Translations under genes and position numbers: made by a program | Shown here: positions 28,748-37,457 of the stretch, in pieces | Numbering within the stretch: the stretch's first letter is position 1 | How the letters are laid out: each line of letters opens with the position of its first letter | Notes under the pieces: generated by a model | Told to the model about the DNA's origin: nothing | What the model saw: the letters and a program-made list of their open reading frames with translations, nothing else | Database searches by the model: none | Source: Candidatus Thalassarchaeaceae archaeon | GTDB taxonomy: Archaea; Thermoplasmatota; Poseidoniia; Poseidoniales; Thalassarchaeaceae | Length of the DNA: 47,861 nt | Assembly: GCA_029250665.1 (NCBI GenBank) | Contig: JAQXEV010000053.1 | Span: forward strand, 1 to 47,861 | Reading direction: 5' to 3'

Positions 28748-29554
28748 TCACTCACTCTCCCCTGTGGCCTCTTCACCCTTCTCAAAGAATTCACAAGCTG
28801 TGAGTACGAACATCACGGTAATCATCAGGGACCACAGGCTACTCAACCATAGCGGGTCCTGACCGAAATCAGACCAATTGTATCCGTCTATCCACGCTGC
28901 GCTTGCACCTATAGCAATACCATGCCATGGCCTGAGTCCACCGAGAGCCATGCCTCCTAATGTGATTGCAAGGAATATGAGAACTCCCGTAACTGCTAAC
29001 CCAATAGATGCCTTTGCAAGATTTACATTCAGATCATCTATCTCGTAGATAGTATCACCGTCCATATCCTCGGTTACGTAGGTTCCATCCTCAGCGGTTG
29101 CTAGGTCGATATTTTCCATCGCAGTAAAGAAAACTATGCATAAGGACATCACAATCACGAGAATGAGTTTTCTCCTCTCGCGTGGTAGTTCCATTCCATG
29201 CTCATCAAATCCGAGAGCAGGGATATAAATGACCATTCCAAAGAAGGGTATAATGAAGAAAATCAGACCAAAAAAGGCTCCTTCCATCTCGCCTCCAATA
29301 ACTCCCCAAGATACCACTGCGGCTGCCATCATCAGAAGCATACCAATCATCCTACGGTTATTCACTCTCAGCAGTTGAAGCAATGCTGTAACGAGAATGG
29401 CGCCTAGGAATACATATTCCTCTGCACCCATCGATTCGGTATTTTGATTGAATTCGAATATTATCAGGGCGAAGAACCCGAATTGGGCCCACATCACCAA
29501 TGAGAATGGGGATGTGTCGGTCGGTGGCATTTGGTAAGGGGCATTGTCACTCAT
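28748..29554 (-). CDS. hypothetical polytopic membrane protein, paralog B
   Basis: Paralogous to the upstream gene: MSDNAPY vs (M)SNNAPP, and GGLRPWHGIAIGASAAWI vs GPMRPWHGGAMAAVALLI. Acidic C-terminus ...EEATGESE. Confidence 0.7.
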   Translation of the reverse strand: MSDNAPYQMPPTDTSPFSLVMWAQFGFFALIIFEFNQNTESMGAEEYVFLGAILVTALLQLLRVNNRRMIGMLLMMAAAVVSWGVIGGEMEGAFFGLIFFIIPFFGMVIYIPALGFDEHGMELPRERRKLILVIVMSLCIVFFTAMENIDLATAEDGTYVTEDMDGDTIYEIDDLNVNLAKASIGLAVTGVLIFLAITLGGMALGGLRPWHGIAIGASAAWIDGYNWSDFGQDPLWLSSLWSLMITVMFVLTACEFFEKGEEATGESE

Positions 29555-29556
29555 AT

Positions 29557-30411
29557 TCACTCACTCTCCGATGAGTCGGACGACCCCTCATACGCAATAC
29601 AAGGAGTCAGCGTAAGAATACCAACGAAACAGATAATCATGAGTAAATCACTCGCTGGATAGTCAGGGGCTCCTTCTCCTATCATCCAGAGATATTGGGA
29701 GATTAACAAAGCAACCGCTGCCATTGCACCACCGTGCCAGGGCCGCATCGGCCCCAGCTCCCTGCCCATTACGGCCGTAAGTAGGAACACCAGGACCCCG
29801 AGTATACCCACTGCCAGCCCACCCCGTGCAATTGTCTGCTCGGTAGAGTCTAGTATGATGGTAAATTCTTCCCCTTCTTCCTCGCCTTCTGTGAGTTCGC
29901 CCTCCATAGCCAAACTTCCTAAACCGGACATCAGGAACATCATGAACAGAGCGAAGAGAATCCAAAGAAGGCCAAGTCTTAGCAACCTGGATTCATCATC
30001 TAGACCCAATGTCGGATCGCCGATTGCCATTGCTGGCATGTAGGCAATTGGACCAATCATTAGCAACATGAAAAATGCCCAGAACATCATCTCATTCTCG
30101 CCCACAGCCAGGCCAATTACAACCATCAACGCTGGAATCCCCAAGGATACCCCCATCCTCGCGTTCGGGACTGAGAGGAAGAGCGCCAAACCAGCACCCG
30201 CCATCATCGTCAAAAAGACGTAGTCGATATTGTCACCTGATCCATCCTCTACTGCCCAGTAGGCAAAAACAGCAAAAACTCCCAACTGAGAAAGCATCAG
30301 TAGGGATTTCGCTGAGAGGTCAATTGTTGGCATTTTGAACATGGAGGCTTCTTCCATGCTACTGGAAGAGTGAGTGAAGTTGATTATCGTTGGGGGGGCA
30401 TTATTGCTCAA
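29557..30411 (-). CDS. hypothetical polytopic membrane protein, paralog A
   Basis: The TTG start at 30411 is supported by N-terminal similarity to paralog B. Alternative ATGs lie at 30357, 30342 and 30333. C-terminus ...SSDSSESE. Confidence 0.7.
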   Translation of the reverse strand: MSNNAPPTIINFTHSSSSMEEASMFKMPTIDLSAKSLLMLSQLGVFAVFAYWAVEDGSGDNIDYVFLTMMAGAGLALFLSVPNARMGVSLGIPALMVVIGLAVGENEMMFWAFFMLLMIGPIAYMPAMAIGDPTLGLDDESRLLRLGLLWILFALFMMFLMSGLGSLAMEGELTEGEEEGEEFTIILDSTEQTIARGGLAVGILGVLVFLLTAVMGRELGPMRPWHGGAMAAVALLISQYLWMIGEGAPDYPASDLLMIICFVGILTLTPCIAYEGSSDSSESE

Positions 30412-30525
30412 TCACAAGTACGGCTCTCCACACACTGTGCAAGGGAGTCCCGGCAACCAAGCTCCGGGCATATGTCCACAATTGGAGCAGATGCTCGTCT
30501 CGATGTCTCCGCCGAATACACTCAT
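30412..30525 (-). CDS. candidate 37-aa zinc-ribbon micro-protein
   Basis: Hand translation: MSVFGGDIETSICSNCGHMPGAWLPGLPCTVCGEPYL, with a CxxC-N12-CxxC arrangement. Its stop TGA directly abuts the TTG start of paralog A. Too short for the ORF track. Confidence 0.4.
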   Translation of the reverse strand: MSVFGGDIETSICSNCGHMPGAWLPGLPCTVCGEPYL

Positions 30526-30679
30526 CGCAATCAATTAGTGAGCGGAGCCGACCGCCTTGAACCTACTTCAGGATAGAGAGGGTTAGACACCAGAGGGGGC
30601 ATGCGGTGAGGCGGTCGAACAAGTCGAATCCAATTGCTTATGGAGGATAGGCAACTCGCTTTGCACGTAAGGTGTAAGG

Positions 30680-31552
30680 ATGAGTAAGGGCATCACCTTC
30701 CCACTCCCTATGAAGAAGGGATTCGGAGCAACCGACCGTGTCGACCAATGGTGGAAAGGACCCACCGCCATGTCCGCATATCTGGGTATCATGATCCTCT
30801 ATGCGACATGGCGTGGATTCATGGAGGCCGACTTCTGGATATTCTCCGATTTCGGCCTTTCAGCGGGCGTTGGACATGGTAGTGGAACAATGGCTATCGA
30901 AGAGAATCACGCTCATGTCCTGAGTCCGCTGTTCTCTCCTCTCATCGTCCCCGGTGAGTATTCCTGGATGCCTCGCCACTTGCAGTGGATTTCTCCGGCG
31001 ATGTTCATCCTCATCTTCCCCGCTGGCTTCCGTGGGACCTGCTACTACTACCGCAAGGCGTACTATCGTGCATTCATGCAGCAACCAACCGGTTGCGCAG
31101 TCTCCAAGCCATGGGACGAGTACTCAGGCGAGACTGGCTTGCTACTAGTCCAGAATCTGCACCGCTACTTCATGTATGCAGCACTGGCTTACCTGCCAAT
31201 TCTGTCATTCGATGTATGGCTTTCAATCAATTTCCATCAGGGCGACGCTCACGCCTACGGAGTCAGCGTCGGCACACTCGTACTACTGCTGAATGTAATC
31301 ATGCTGACAGGATACGCCCTTGGTTGCCACGCATTCCGACACGTCGTCGGAGGATCTTCGAATGATTGGAGTGGAACGGCGATGGGGAGAGTCAAGTACA
31401 GGTTGTGGAAGTTCTCGACCAAACTCAACGAGAAGCACAAGGAATGGGCACTCTACTCTCTCTTCTGGGTCATGTTCACTGATTTCTACATCTACGCCTG
31501 CACCGACCCTCTGTTTGGCTGGTCTGACATCGTACTTTGGGGAGGATTGTGA
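30680..31552 (+). CDS. sdhC: succinate dehydrogenase membrane anchor / cytochrome b-like subunit (single large subunit, sdhCAB arrangement)
   Basis: 290-aa multi-TM protein with conserved-looking His residues (LHRYF, CHAFRH). Its stop is immediately followed by the sdhA ATG at 31553. The assignment rests mainly on gene context. Confidence 0.6.
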   Translation: MSKGITFPLPMKKGFGATDRVDQWWKGPTAMSAYLGIMILYATWRGFMEADFWIFSDFGLSAGVGHGSGTMAIEENHAHVLSPLFSPLIVPGEYSWMPRHLQWISPAMFILIFPAGFRGTCYYYRKAYYRAFMQQPTGCAVSKPWDEYSGETGLLLVQNLHRYFMYAALAYLPILSFDVWLSINFHQGDAHAYGVSVGTLVLLLNVIMLTGYALGCHAFRHVVGGSSNDWSGTAMGRVKYRLWKFSTKLNEKHKEWALYSLFWVMFTDFYIYACTDPLFGWSDIVLWGGL

Positions 31553-33400
31553 ATGCGTTACGATTTGACCGATGATAACTACACTACTCACGAGCACGAC
31601 GTGGTCGTGATTGGCGCCGGAGGCGCTGGCCTTCGCGCCGCGATCGCTGCTAGTCAAGAGGGTGCGAGCGTGGCGCTCGTCTGCAAGTCGATGTTGGGTA
31701 AGGCCCACACTGTAATGGCTGAAGGTGGGGCCGCTGCTGCTCTTGGCAACAAGGATCCTCGCGATAATTGGCAGGTTCATTTCCGTGACACGATGAAGGG
31801 TGGGAAGTACCTGAATGATTGGCGTATGGCGAGGATTCACGCGCAACAAGCACCTGACCGAATTCGTGAGTTAGAGACTTGGGGCGCTGTTTTTGATAGG
31901 ACACCGAAGGGTCTGACGAGTCAACGCAACTTCGGTGGTCACACCTATCCGAGGCTCGCTCACATTGGTGATGCGACTGGCCTCGAGTTGATTCGAACTC
32001 TGCAAGAGAAGGGAGTCCACATGGGAATGGATGTCTTCATGGAATTCACTGTTCGACGACTATTCACCAAAGAAGGCACTGTCGTCGGCTGCTTCGCCTA
32101 CGACCGCAACGATGGTTCTCTACATCTCTTCAAAGCCAAGTCAATCGTCCTCGCGACCGGGGGAATCACCCGTTGCTGGGCGGTCTGCTCGGGCTCTTGG
32201 GAATACACCGGAGAGGGTCATGCCCTCGCTTACTGGGCTGGGGCTGAGTTGGGCGATATGGAATTCGTTCAATTCCACCCAACTGGCATGATTTGGCCAC
32301 CGAGTGTCAAGGGAATTCTCGTTACTGAGGGTGTTCGAGGCGAAGGAGGCATGCTGACTAATTCAGAGGGTGAGCGTTTCATGTTCGATTACATCCCTGA
32401 AATGTACAAGGACGAGTTCGCCGATACCGAGAAAGAAGCCCTCGAGTGGGTTGACGAAGTTATCTCTGGCAAACTGGCCACGAAAAGACGCCCTCCTGAA
32501 CTACTAACTCGTGACGTGGTTGCCAAGGCAATCAATTCCGAGCGGGAGGCTGGACGTGCAAGTGAACACGGTGGAGCTTACCTCGATATTTCGTGGCGGT
32601 CTCCTGAGGAAGTCAAGAAGAAACTACCAGGAATGTATCATCAATTCAAAGAATTGGCTGCGGTTGATATCACCAAGACGCCGATGGAAGTTGGGCCGAC
32701 CGCTCACTATGTCATGGGCGGGGTCAAGGTCGACCCGGAGTCTCAGGAATCGACTATTCAGGGACTCTATGCTGCTGGTGAAGCTGCGACTGGTCTGCAC
32801 GGTGCTAACCGTTTGGGTGGCAATTCACTAACCGACTTGATTGTCTTCGGCAAAATTGCAGGAGAGTGTGCGGCGAAGCGGGCGACTGAGTCTGAGGGCT
32901 TCGCCGATATCGACGAAGCTGAAATTGCTGATGTCATTGCCGAAACTTTGGCTCCTTTCGCTCGTGAAGATGGTGAAAATCCAGCTAAGGTCGTCGAAGA
33001 TTTGCGCGAGATGATGCAAGAAAAGGTCGGGATCATCCGAAACGGAAGTTTGCTTGAAGAGGCGCTTTCAGACCTTGAAGAACTTGAGGCTCGCGCGGCT
33101 TTGACCAGCCCGGGAGGTTCGAGAATCTACAATCCGGGTTGGCATCAAGCACTGGAATTGAGTGCCATGCTGGATGTCTCGCGCATGTGTGCGCTAGCCG
33201 CACTGCAGAGAGAAGAGTCACGCGGCGGACACACACGCGATGACTTCCCAGTTCCAGACCACAAACACTGGGGTAAGATCAACAGCGTCATCGCGAAAGA
33301 AGCAGATGGCTCGATGAGCATCGAACACCGAACCTACCCCCCGATAGATGATGAACTCAAAGCACTGCTTGATGCCGAAGACCTACACGAGGAGGGCTGA
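31553..33400 (+). CDS. sdhA: succinate dehydrogenase/fumarate reductase flavoprotein subunit
   Basis: [19 protein letters not shown] motif, [42 protein letters not shown]. Confidence 0.95.
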   Translation: MRYDLTDDNYTTHEHDVVVIGAGGAGLRAAIAASQEGASVALVCKSMLGKAHTVMAEGGAAAALGNKDPRDNWQVHFRDTMKGGKYLNDWRMARIHAQQAPDRIRELETWGAVFDRTPKGLTSQRNFGGHTYPRLAHIGDATGLELIRTLQEKGVHMGMDVFMEFTVRRLFTKEGTVVGCFAYDRNDGSLHLFKAKSIVLATGGITRCWAVCSGSWEYTGEGHALAYWAGAELGDMEFVQFHPTGMIWPPSVKGILVTEGVRGEGGMLTNSEGERFMFDYIPEMYKDEFADTEKEALEWVDEVISGKLATKRRPPELLTRDVVAKAINSEREAGRASEHGGAYLDISWRSPEEVKKKLPGMYHQFKELAAVDITKTPMEVGPTAHYVMGGVKVDPESQESTIQGLYAAGEAATGLHGANRLGGNSLTDLIVFGKIAGECAAKRATESEGFADIDEAEIADVIAETLAPFAREDGENPAKVVEDLREMMQEKVGIIRNGSLLEEALSDLEELEARAALTSPGGSRIYNPGWHQALELSAMLDVSRMCALAALQREESRGGHTRDDFPVPDHKHWGKINSVIAKEADGSMSIEHRTYPPIDDELKALLDAEDLHEEG

Positions 33401-33402
33401 GA

Positions 33403-34170
33403 ATGAGCGAAGATGTCACTTTCCGAGTCTTCCGCGGAGTTGGTGACGGTGATGGAGATGCTATGGGTAAGATGGTCGATTACACCGTCGAGATGGACGA
33501 GGGTATGGTAGTGCTCGATGTTATCCACCGTATTCAATCCGAGCACGCGCCCGACCTTGCCTGTCGCTGGAATTGCAAGGCGGGTAAGTGCGGCTCATGT
33601 AGTGCTGAAGTCAACGGTATGCCGCGCCTGATGTGCATGACTCGAATGGAGGACATCATGGAGGAGACTCCTGATGGTCAGCCGGTCACGGTCAAGCCAA
33701 TGCAAGCTTTCCCAATCACCAAGGATCTCGTGACCGATTTGTCATGGGCTTTTGAGATGAACAAGAAAATGGTCCCGGTTAGCGGGCCAAAAGAGTTCGA
33801 TTGGGAGTTCAAGCAAGAAGAGGCCGACCGAATCCAAGAATTCCGCGCTTGCATCGAATGTATGCTTTGCGTCAATACCTGTCACGTTCTTCGCGAGCAC
33901 CAGAAATTCGACGAATTCGCAGGACCGCGATTCTTCGTACGCCTGGCCGGACTAGAGATGCACCCACTCGACACAAAGAGTCGTATCCCCGAAATCAAGG
34001 AAGATTTCGGACTTGGTTACTGTAATATCACGAAGTGCTGCACCGAGGTCTGTCCAGCTGGAATCAATATCACGGATAATGCGATAATTCCACTCAAAGA
34101 AAGAGTCGTGACTGAGTATTATGATCCGCTTACAATTATTACCAAGAAACTTGGGCTTCGCGGCAAATAA
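33403..34170 (+). CDS. sdhB: succinate dehydrogenase iron-sulfur subunit
   Basis: CRWNCKAGKCGSCSAEVNG (2Fe-2S), CIECMLCVNTC and CTEVCPAGI (4Fe-4S/3Fe-4S). Confidence 0.93.
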   Translation: MSEDVTFRVFRGVGDGDGDAMGKMVDYTVEMDEGMVVLDVIHRIQSEHAPDLACRWNCKAGKCGSCSAEVNGMPRLMCMTRMEDIMEETPDGQPVTVKPMQAFPITKDLVTDLSWAFEMNKKMVPVSGPKEFDWEFKQEEADRIQEFRACIECMLCVNTCHVLREHQKFDEFAGPRFFVRLAGLEMHPLDTKSRIPEIKEDFGLGYCNITKCCTEVCPAGINITDNAIIPLKERVVTEYYDPLTIITKKLGLRGK

Positions 34171-34320
34171 TGACGTTTAACGACTAAAGTGGGATACCCA
34201 CAGAGTCAAAACGAACTGGAATGTAGATAATATCCCCCGCTCACGCATACGCAGAAGGCATCGCGAGTGGGGTTACGTAGATCAGCGCAGACGTTCGAAG
34301 ACGGCGCACCCTGATTAGAT

Positions 34321-34584
34321 TCAGAGGTGCTTGATGCCAGTCTTCTTCACGTTGGCCTTCTTGATCTTGGCTGGGAGCCAAGCCGGTCCGTTCTTCGGCT
34401 TATCGACCATTGCGGTCGAGCCGACGAAACAATGCACTTTGTTTGTGCCGCGCTCGCGCAGACAAATGTCAGTGTGACCGCGTGTAGCTGCCTTCAGAGC
34501 TGCGCCACGGGGCTGCTTGCTCACGAAAACTTGGGCTGTATCATTATCGCCCTCCATCAAAACGAAGTATTTCTTGCCAGACAT
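34321..34584 (-). CDS. archaeal chromatin protein MC1
   Basis: From the ATG at 34584: MSGKKYFVLMEGDN..VFVSKQPRGAALKAATRGH..ICLRERGTNKVHCF......VDKPKNGPAWLPAKIKKANVKK. From memory this closely parallels Methanosarcina MC1 (..KQPRQAALKAANRG..LRERGTKKVH.F....PKN.P.W.P). GGAGGTGGAT lies 6 nt upstream. Confidence 0.85.
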   Translation of the reverse strand: MSGKKYFVLMEGDNDTAQVFVSKQPRGAALKAATRGHTDICLRERGTNKVHCFVGSTAMVDKPKNGPAWLPAKIKKANVKKTGIKHL

Positions 34585-34713
34585 TGAATTATCCACCTCC
34601 ACAAAGTGGGCAACTCGGGGAGATTATGAAGTTTGAGGCGAATAAACGACTCACTGCGCCCCTGTAAGCACCTTTTCGGAAATTCCGGTGACCTCTGAGA
34701 GAGGAAATTTTGC

Positions 34714-34947
34714 TCATAATTCGGCACAAGCGAGGGTCTTAGTGTTGAGAACACCCTTGATTGAACGGATGGAATCGACTACTAATCGAGCGATTTCGCC
34801 CATGTTAGCGGCCTCTATCTTCAGGATGAGGTCGTGGTCGCCAAACAAGAGATTTGAATCTACCACGAACGGCAAGTTCGAGGCCGTGTCGAACACAGAG
34901 AATTCAGAACCCGGTTCGACATTAATCAGCACATATCCAACAGACAT
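34714..34947 (-). CDS. stand-alone Lrp/AsnC-type ligand-binding (RAM) domain protein, 77 aa
   Basis: The size and the pattern YVLINVEPGSE..V...L..LP.V.....LFGDHDLILKIEA....EI..LV...IRSIKGVL.T.T match AsnC-family C-terminal domains. There is no HTH domain. Confidence 0.7.
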   Translation of the reverse strand: MSVGYVLINVEPGSEFSVFDTASNLPFVVDSNLLFGDHDLILKIEAANMGEIARLVVDSIRSIKGVLNTKTLACAEL

Positions 34948-35053
34948 CTTATCGACAGGGAGGGGCTAAGTGACGAAGAACCCTTTGACGGCACGTCGAA
35001 ACAAGATTTGAGCGACGAAGGGGTGATAGCGGGCGGCCCCCTCTCGTAAGTGT

Positions 35054-35695
35054 ATGGCCGAGACAGTCATTGTGCGCGAGTGCAAGTATGGAGAGGTTCG
35101 CGTCCTGTTTGGCAACATCCTACGTGTCGAAGGAGATGTTCTGGTAACTACCGCCAACAACCGATTAGCAGGTAGGGAAGGTCTGGATGAGAAGATCCAC
35201 CAACTGGCTGGCGAAGAACTGAGACAATTCTGCCATGGTATTGCTGTTGAACGCCGCAAGGAGAATATGCAACCATGCGGGGTTGGGGAAGCCGTTACTA
35301 CCCCTGGGTTCAATTTGCCATTCAAGAATCTGATTCACGTAGTGGGGCCAGATTGCCGACGTCCTAATCAGGATAATTTCAGGCGAGATCTGCTCAAGAA
35401 GTCCTATGCTTCTATGTTTGAGCAAATCGAGGCGATTGATGAGCGCACGACACTTGTGATGCCACCGGTGAGCATGGATATCTTTGCTTACCCTCACCGA
35501 GAAGGAGCTCGGAGGACGATGGAGATCGTTCTCGCATGGATGGATGAGGGTGAAGATCCTGGTACTGATATGGTACTCATCGTTACCGATGACAATCAGT
35601 TCCTCAACAATATGAAGACAGTTTATCGCGAGTCCGAGGATAGATTTCCAGGAATTGATCGTACTCGTGCTTTCCGACGCGGAAAGTATCCCTGA
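35054..35695 (+). CDS. macro domain protein (ADP-ribose binding/hydrolase fold)
   Basis: FGNILRVEGDVLVTTANNRLAGREGLDEKIHQLAG matches the macro-domain N-terminal motif (GDI....D.IVN.AN..L..G.G....I....G). 213 aa. Confidence 0.75.
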   Translation: MAETVIVRECKYGEVRVLFGNILRVEGDVLVTTANNRLAGREGLDEKIHQLAGEELRQFCHGIAVERRKENMQPCGVGEAVTTPGFNLPFKNLIHVVGPDCRRPNQDNFRRDLLKKSYASMFEQIEAIDERTTLVMPPVSMDIFAYPHREGARRTMEIVLAWMDEGEDPGTDMVLIVTDDNQFLNNMKTVYRESEDRFPGIDRTRAFRRGKYP

Positions 35696-35707
35696 TTGCG
35701 TCTCGAC

Positions 35708-36460
35708 TCAACGGTCGAGAGAATCAATGTGCAGTTCAACCGCTTCACTGAGAGTCAGTCGGCCTACTGCAACCGCTCGGGCAAGGCCGGCTGGAATAGT
35801 CAAGCGGCCCTCTGAGATACGCCGACTGCGTCGTTGAATTTCTCGCACCTCACCCTTGGTTGGGATTACCTGTAAGCGCCGAGTAACAGGGATTCCTTCG
35901 AGGGAGCAGATGGTTCTCGCGGCTGAAACATGGTCGTGTCGCGAGCCGCGTGAGGTCGAGCGCTCATCGACGAATTGGATAGAGAGGCCTCGCGCAAGAC
36001 AGACATTGGCTATACGCGAAGAAATCGTTCGTGCCCCATCGCCGATACGAACCACAGATTCAGCTGGCTGAAGGTCGTGTAGAATCTCCATTATTCGGTC
36101 GACGGTTTCGTCGACCGATTCCATCTGCATCGAGCCAGCCGCTTTTCCATCGGCAAGCCATGCAAGACCCGGCCGGGGACCTGGGTCGATGCCGAAGCAG
36201 ATGCGCTGTACTTGCTCACCAGCGTACATCCGATTGACAATCGAGCCGATAACGGAGTCGATTTCCTCGACCGCGCACCCGACTCCTCGATTATCCTCTG
36301 ATTGCCCAACTTCAGCGTGCGATCCAATCCAATAGTCGACCCCATTCGGCACCGGGTGCTCGGGGTCAATCTGCACATGTTGGATGCCCGAGTTCCGCAA
36401 GCAGTCGAGTAGCCTGTAGGCCAGACGGAAATCATCAGTGCGGACTGCGACCTCGGGCAC
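35708..36460 (-). CDS. hypothetical protein with a predicted RNase H-fold (RuvC/YqgF/DUF460-like) nuclease domain
   Basis: RICFGIDPGPRPGLAWLADGK resembles the first beta-hairpin/Asp motif of RuvC-like and archaeal DUF460 proteins. 250 aa. The assignment is tentative. Confidence 0.5.
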   Translation of the reverse strand: MPEVAVRTDDFRLAYRLLDCLRNSGIQHVQIDPEHPVPNGVDYWIGSHAEVGQSEDNRGVGCAVEEIDSVIGSIVNRMYAGEQVQRICFGIDPGPRPGLAWLADGKAAGSMQMESVDETVDRIMEILHDLQPAESVVRIGDGARTISSRIANVCLARGLSIQFVDERSTSRGSRHDHVSAARTICSLEGIPVTRRLQVIPTKGEVREIQRRSRRISEGRLTIPAGLARAVAVGRLTLSEAVELHIDSLDR

Positions 36461-36647
36461 GATACGCGAGTGTTGGGCCTCGCCTTCAATCGTTGCTGTC
36501 TACAAATCACATCGGTGGCATTATTCGCTTGGTTCTACAATCTCGCACCGACCACTTCATGCTGATTTCCACTCGAAAACCCGAAACGATGCACGCCAAG
36601 CCTATTCCAAGCGATGTCGTCAAGAACCCTGACAATGGGCTAGCCTC

Positions 36648-37178
36648 ATGAGTGGGGTCTACGAACGCGAATTGCGCTCCGTCTTAGCTGGCGAGCGCAA
36701 GGGCGTGATTGCCATCACGCGCTCATGCACCGAGGTCGAGCGTGCGCGTGCTATGCAAGTCTGCCAACGCCCGTTCCTCGTCGTGCGCGCGCCCGGCAGC
36801 GGCTCAGAAGGTACTGGAGACATTCTCGCGCTGCGGGGAGACATGTGTATGCCGATAGAGGTGAAATCATCTAAGACCGATCGAATCTATCTCTCAGGCC
36901 GCACCAAGGATCAGTATCTCGCACTTATCTCAACTGGAGAAAGGTGCGGCCTGCTGCCACTCTACGCATTCCGTCTGAAGGGTGTCAGAGGAGATAGTTG
37001 GACAATCATGAAAGTCCCTGTCGAAGGTTTGACTGGAAAATTACGAAGCCTTGCACGAAGCATACCAAACGTTCCACTTACTCGCAACGGAACGCCTTAC
37101 CTCAATTGGCACGATGGAATGCCTCTACACAGATTTCTCGCACTCATCAGTCGTTCAGACGGCGCTCGTTCAATCTAA
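36648..37178 (+). CDS. hjc: archaeal Holliday junction resolvase Hjc family (PD-(D/E)xK)
   Basis: YERELRSVL...VVRAPGSGS...GDILALRGDMCMPIEVKSSK..RIYL matches the Hjc motifs (ERE..., D, E.K). At 176 aa it is longer than typical Hjc, with an insertion after the first helix and a C-terminal extension. Confidence 0.75.
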   Translation: MSGVYERELRSVLAGERKGVIAITRSCTEVERARAMQVCQRPFLVVRAPGSGSEGTGDILALRGDMCMPIEVKSSKTDRIYLSGRTKDQYLALISTGERCGLLPLYAFRLKGVRGDSWTIMKVPVEGLTGKLRSLARSIPNVPLTRNGTPYLNWHDGMPLHRFLALISRSDGARSI

Positions 37179-37180
37179 AC

Positions 37181-37375
37181 TCAGTCGTCGTCTTTGCTAG
37201 AAGTTTCGAGTCTTGCTTCCACCTCGACGAGTTGAGCCTTCGCTGCCTCGATATCGGCCTTGACTCCATCAAGGACTGCTCTCCTCAGCAGGCGAGCGAT
37301 TGCTTCAGACTCACGACGTAACCTATCGACCTCGCGAGCGCGCTTGCGCTCATCCAAATCGCCCTTCTCCGTCAC
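37181..37375 (-). CDS. hypothetical 64-aa coiled-coil protein
   Basis: GTG start with GGGTGG 3 nt upstream. The sequence is entirely helical and charged (ERKRAREVDRLRRESEAIARLLRR...AKAQLVEVEARLE). Confidence 0.35.
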   Translation of the reverse strand: MTEKGDLDERKRAREVDRLRRESEAIARLLRRAVLDGVKADIEAAKAQLVEVEARLETSSKDDD

Positions 37376-37457
37376 GACCCACCCAATACGCCGTAGGTCA
37401 AGTCAGTTGCGCAGCGCGCCACGAGAGTTCAAGTGGAGTCCTCGCCGACCGTGTGGT

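Noticed and set aside
30370-30576. 68-aa plus-strand ORF (and a 52-codon TTG-initiated frame from 30380), preceded by the inverted GAGTGAGTGAA copy
   Set aside because: The translations have no recognisable features and are antisense to the CxxC...CxxC micro-ORF, which is coupled to the downstream operon. I cannot fully exclude it; the inverted 11-mer is noted in the findings.
30547-30617. 8-bp inverted repeat CGACCGCC/GGCGGTCG separated by ~53 nt, upstream of sdhC
   Set aside because: A single short stem with a long unstructured loop is compatible with chance in GC-rich DNA, and I see no further covarying helices.
34171-34320. Possible tRNA or sRNA in the 150-nt gap after sdhB (it contains GTTCGAA, which resembles a T-loop)
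   Set aside because: I could not build a T-stem, an acceptor stem or any cloverleaf on either strand around the motif, and there are no C/D-box pairs.
36499-36542. Direct repeat TCTACAA(A)TC, two copies 35 nt apart, in the Hjc/RNase-H-fold intergenic region
   Set aside because: A 7-9-nt repeat within ~190 nt is expected by chance about once. It is not enough evidence for an operator.
37260-37457. N-terminal 66-codon extension of the site-2 protease ORF
   Set aside because: It is Arg/Ser-rich with no hydrophobic signal, and it is antisense to the 64-aa coiled-coil ORF. The ATG at 37458 gives a normal M50 N-terminus starting in a TM helix.
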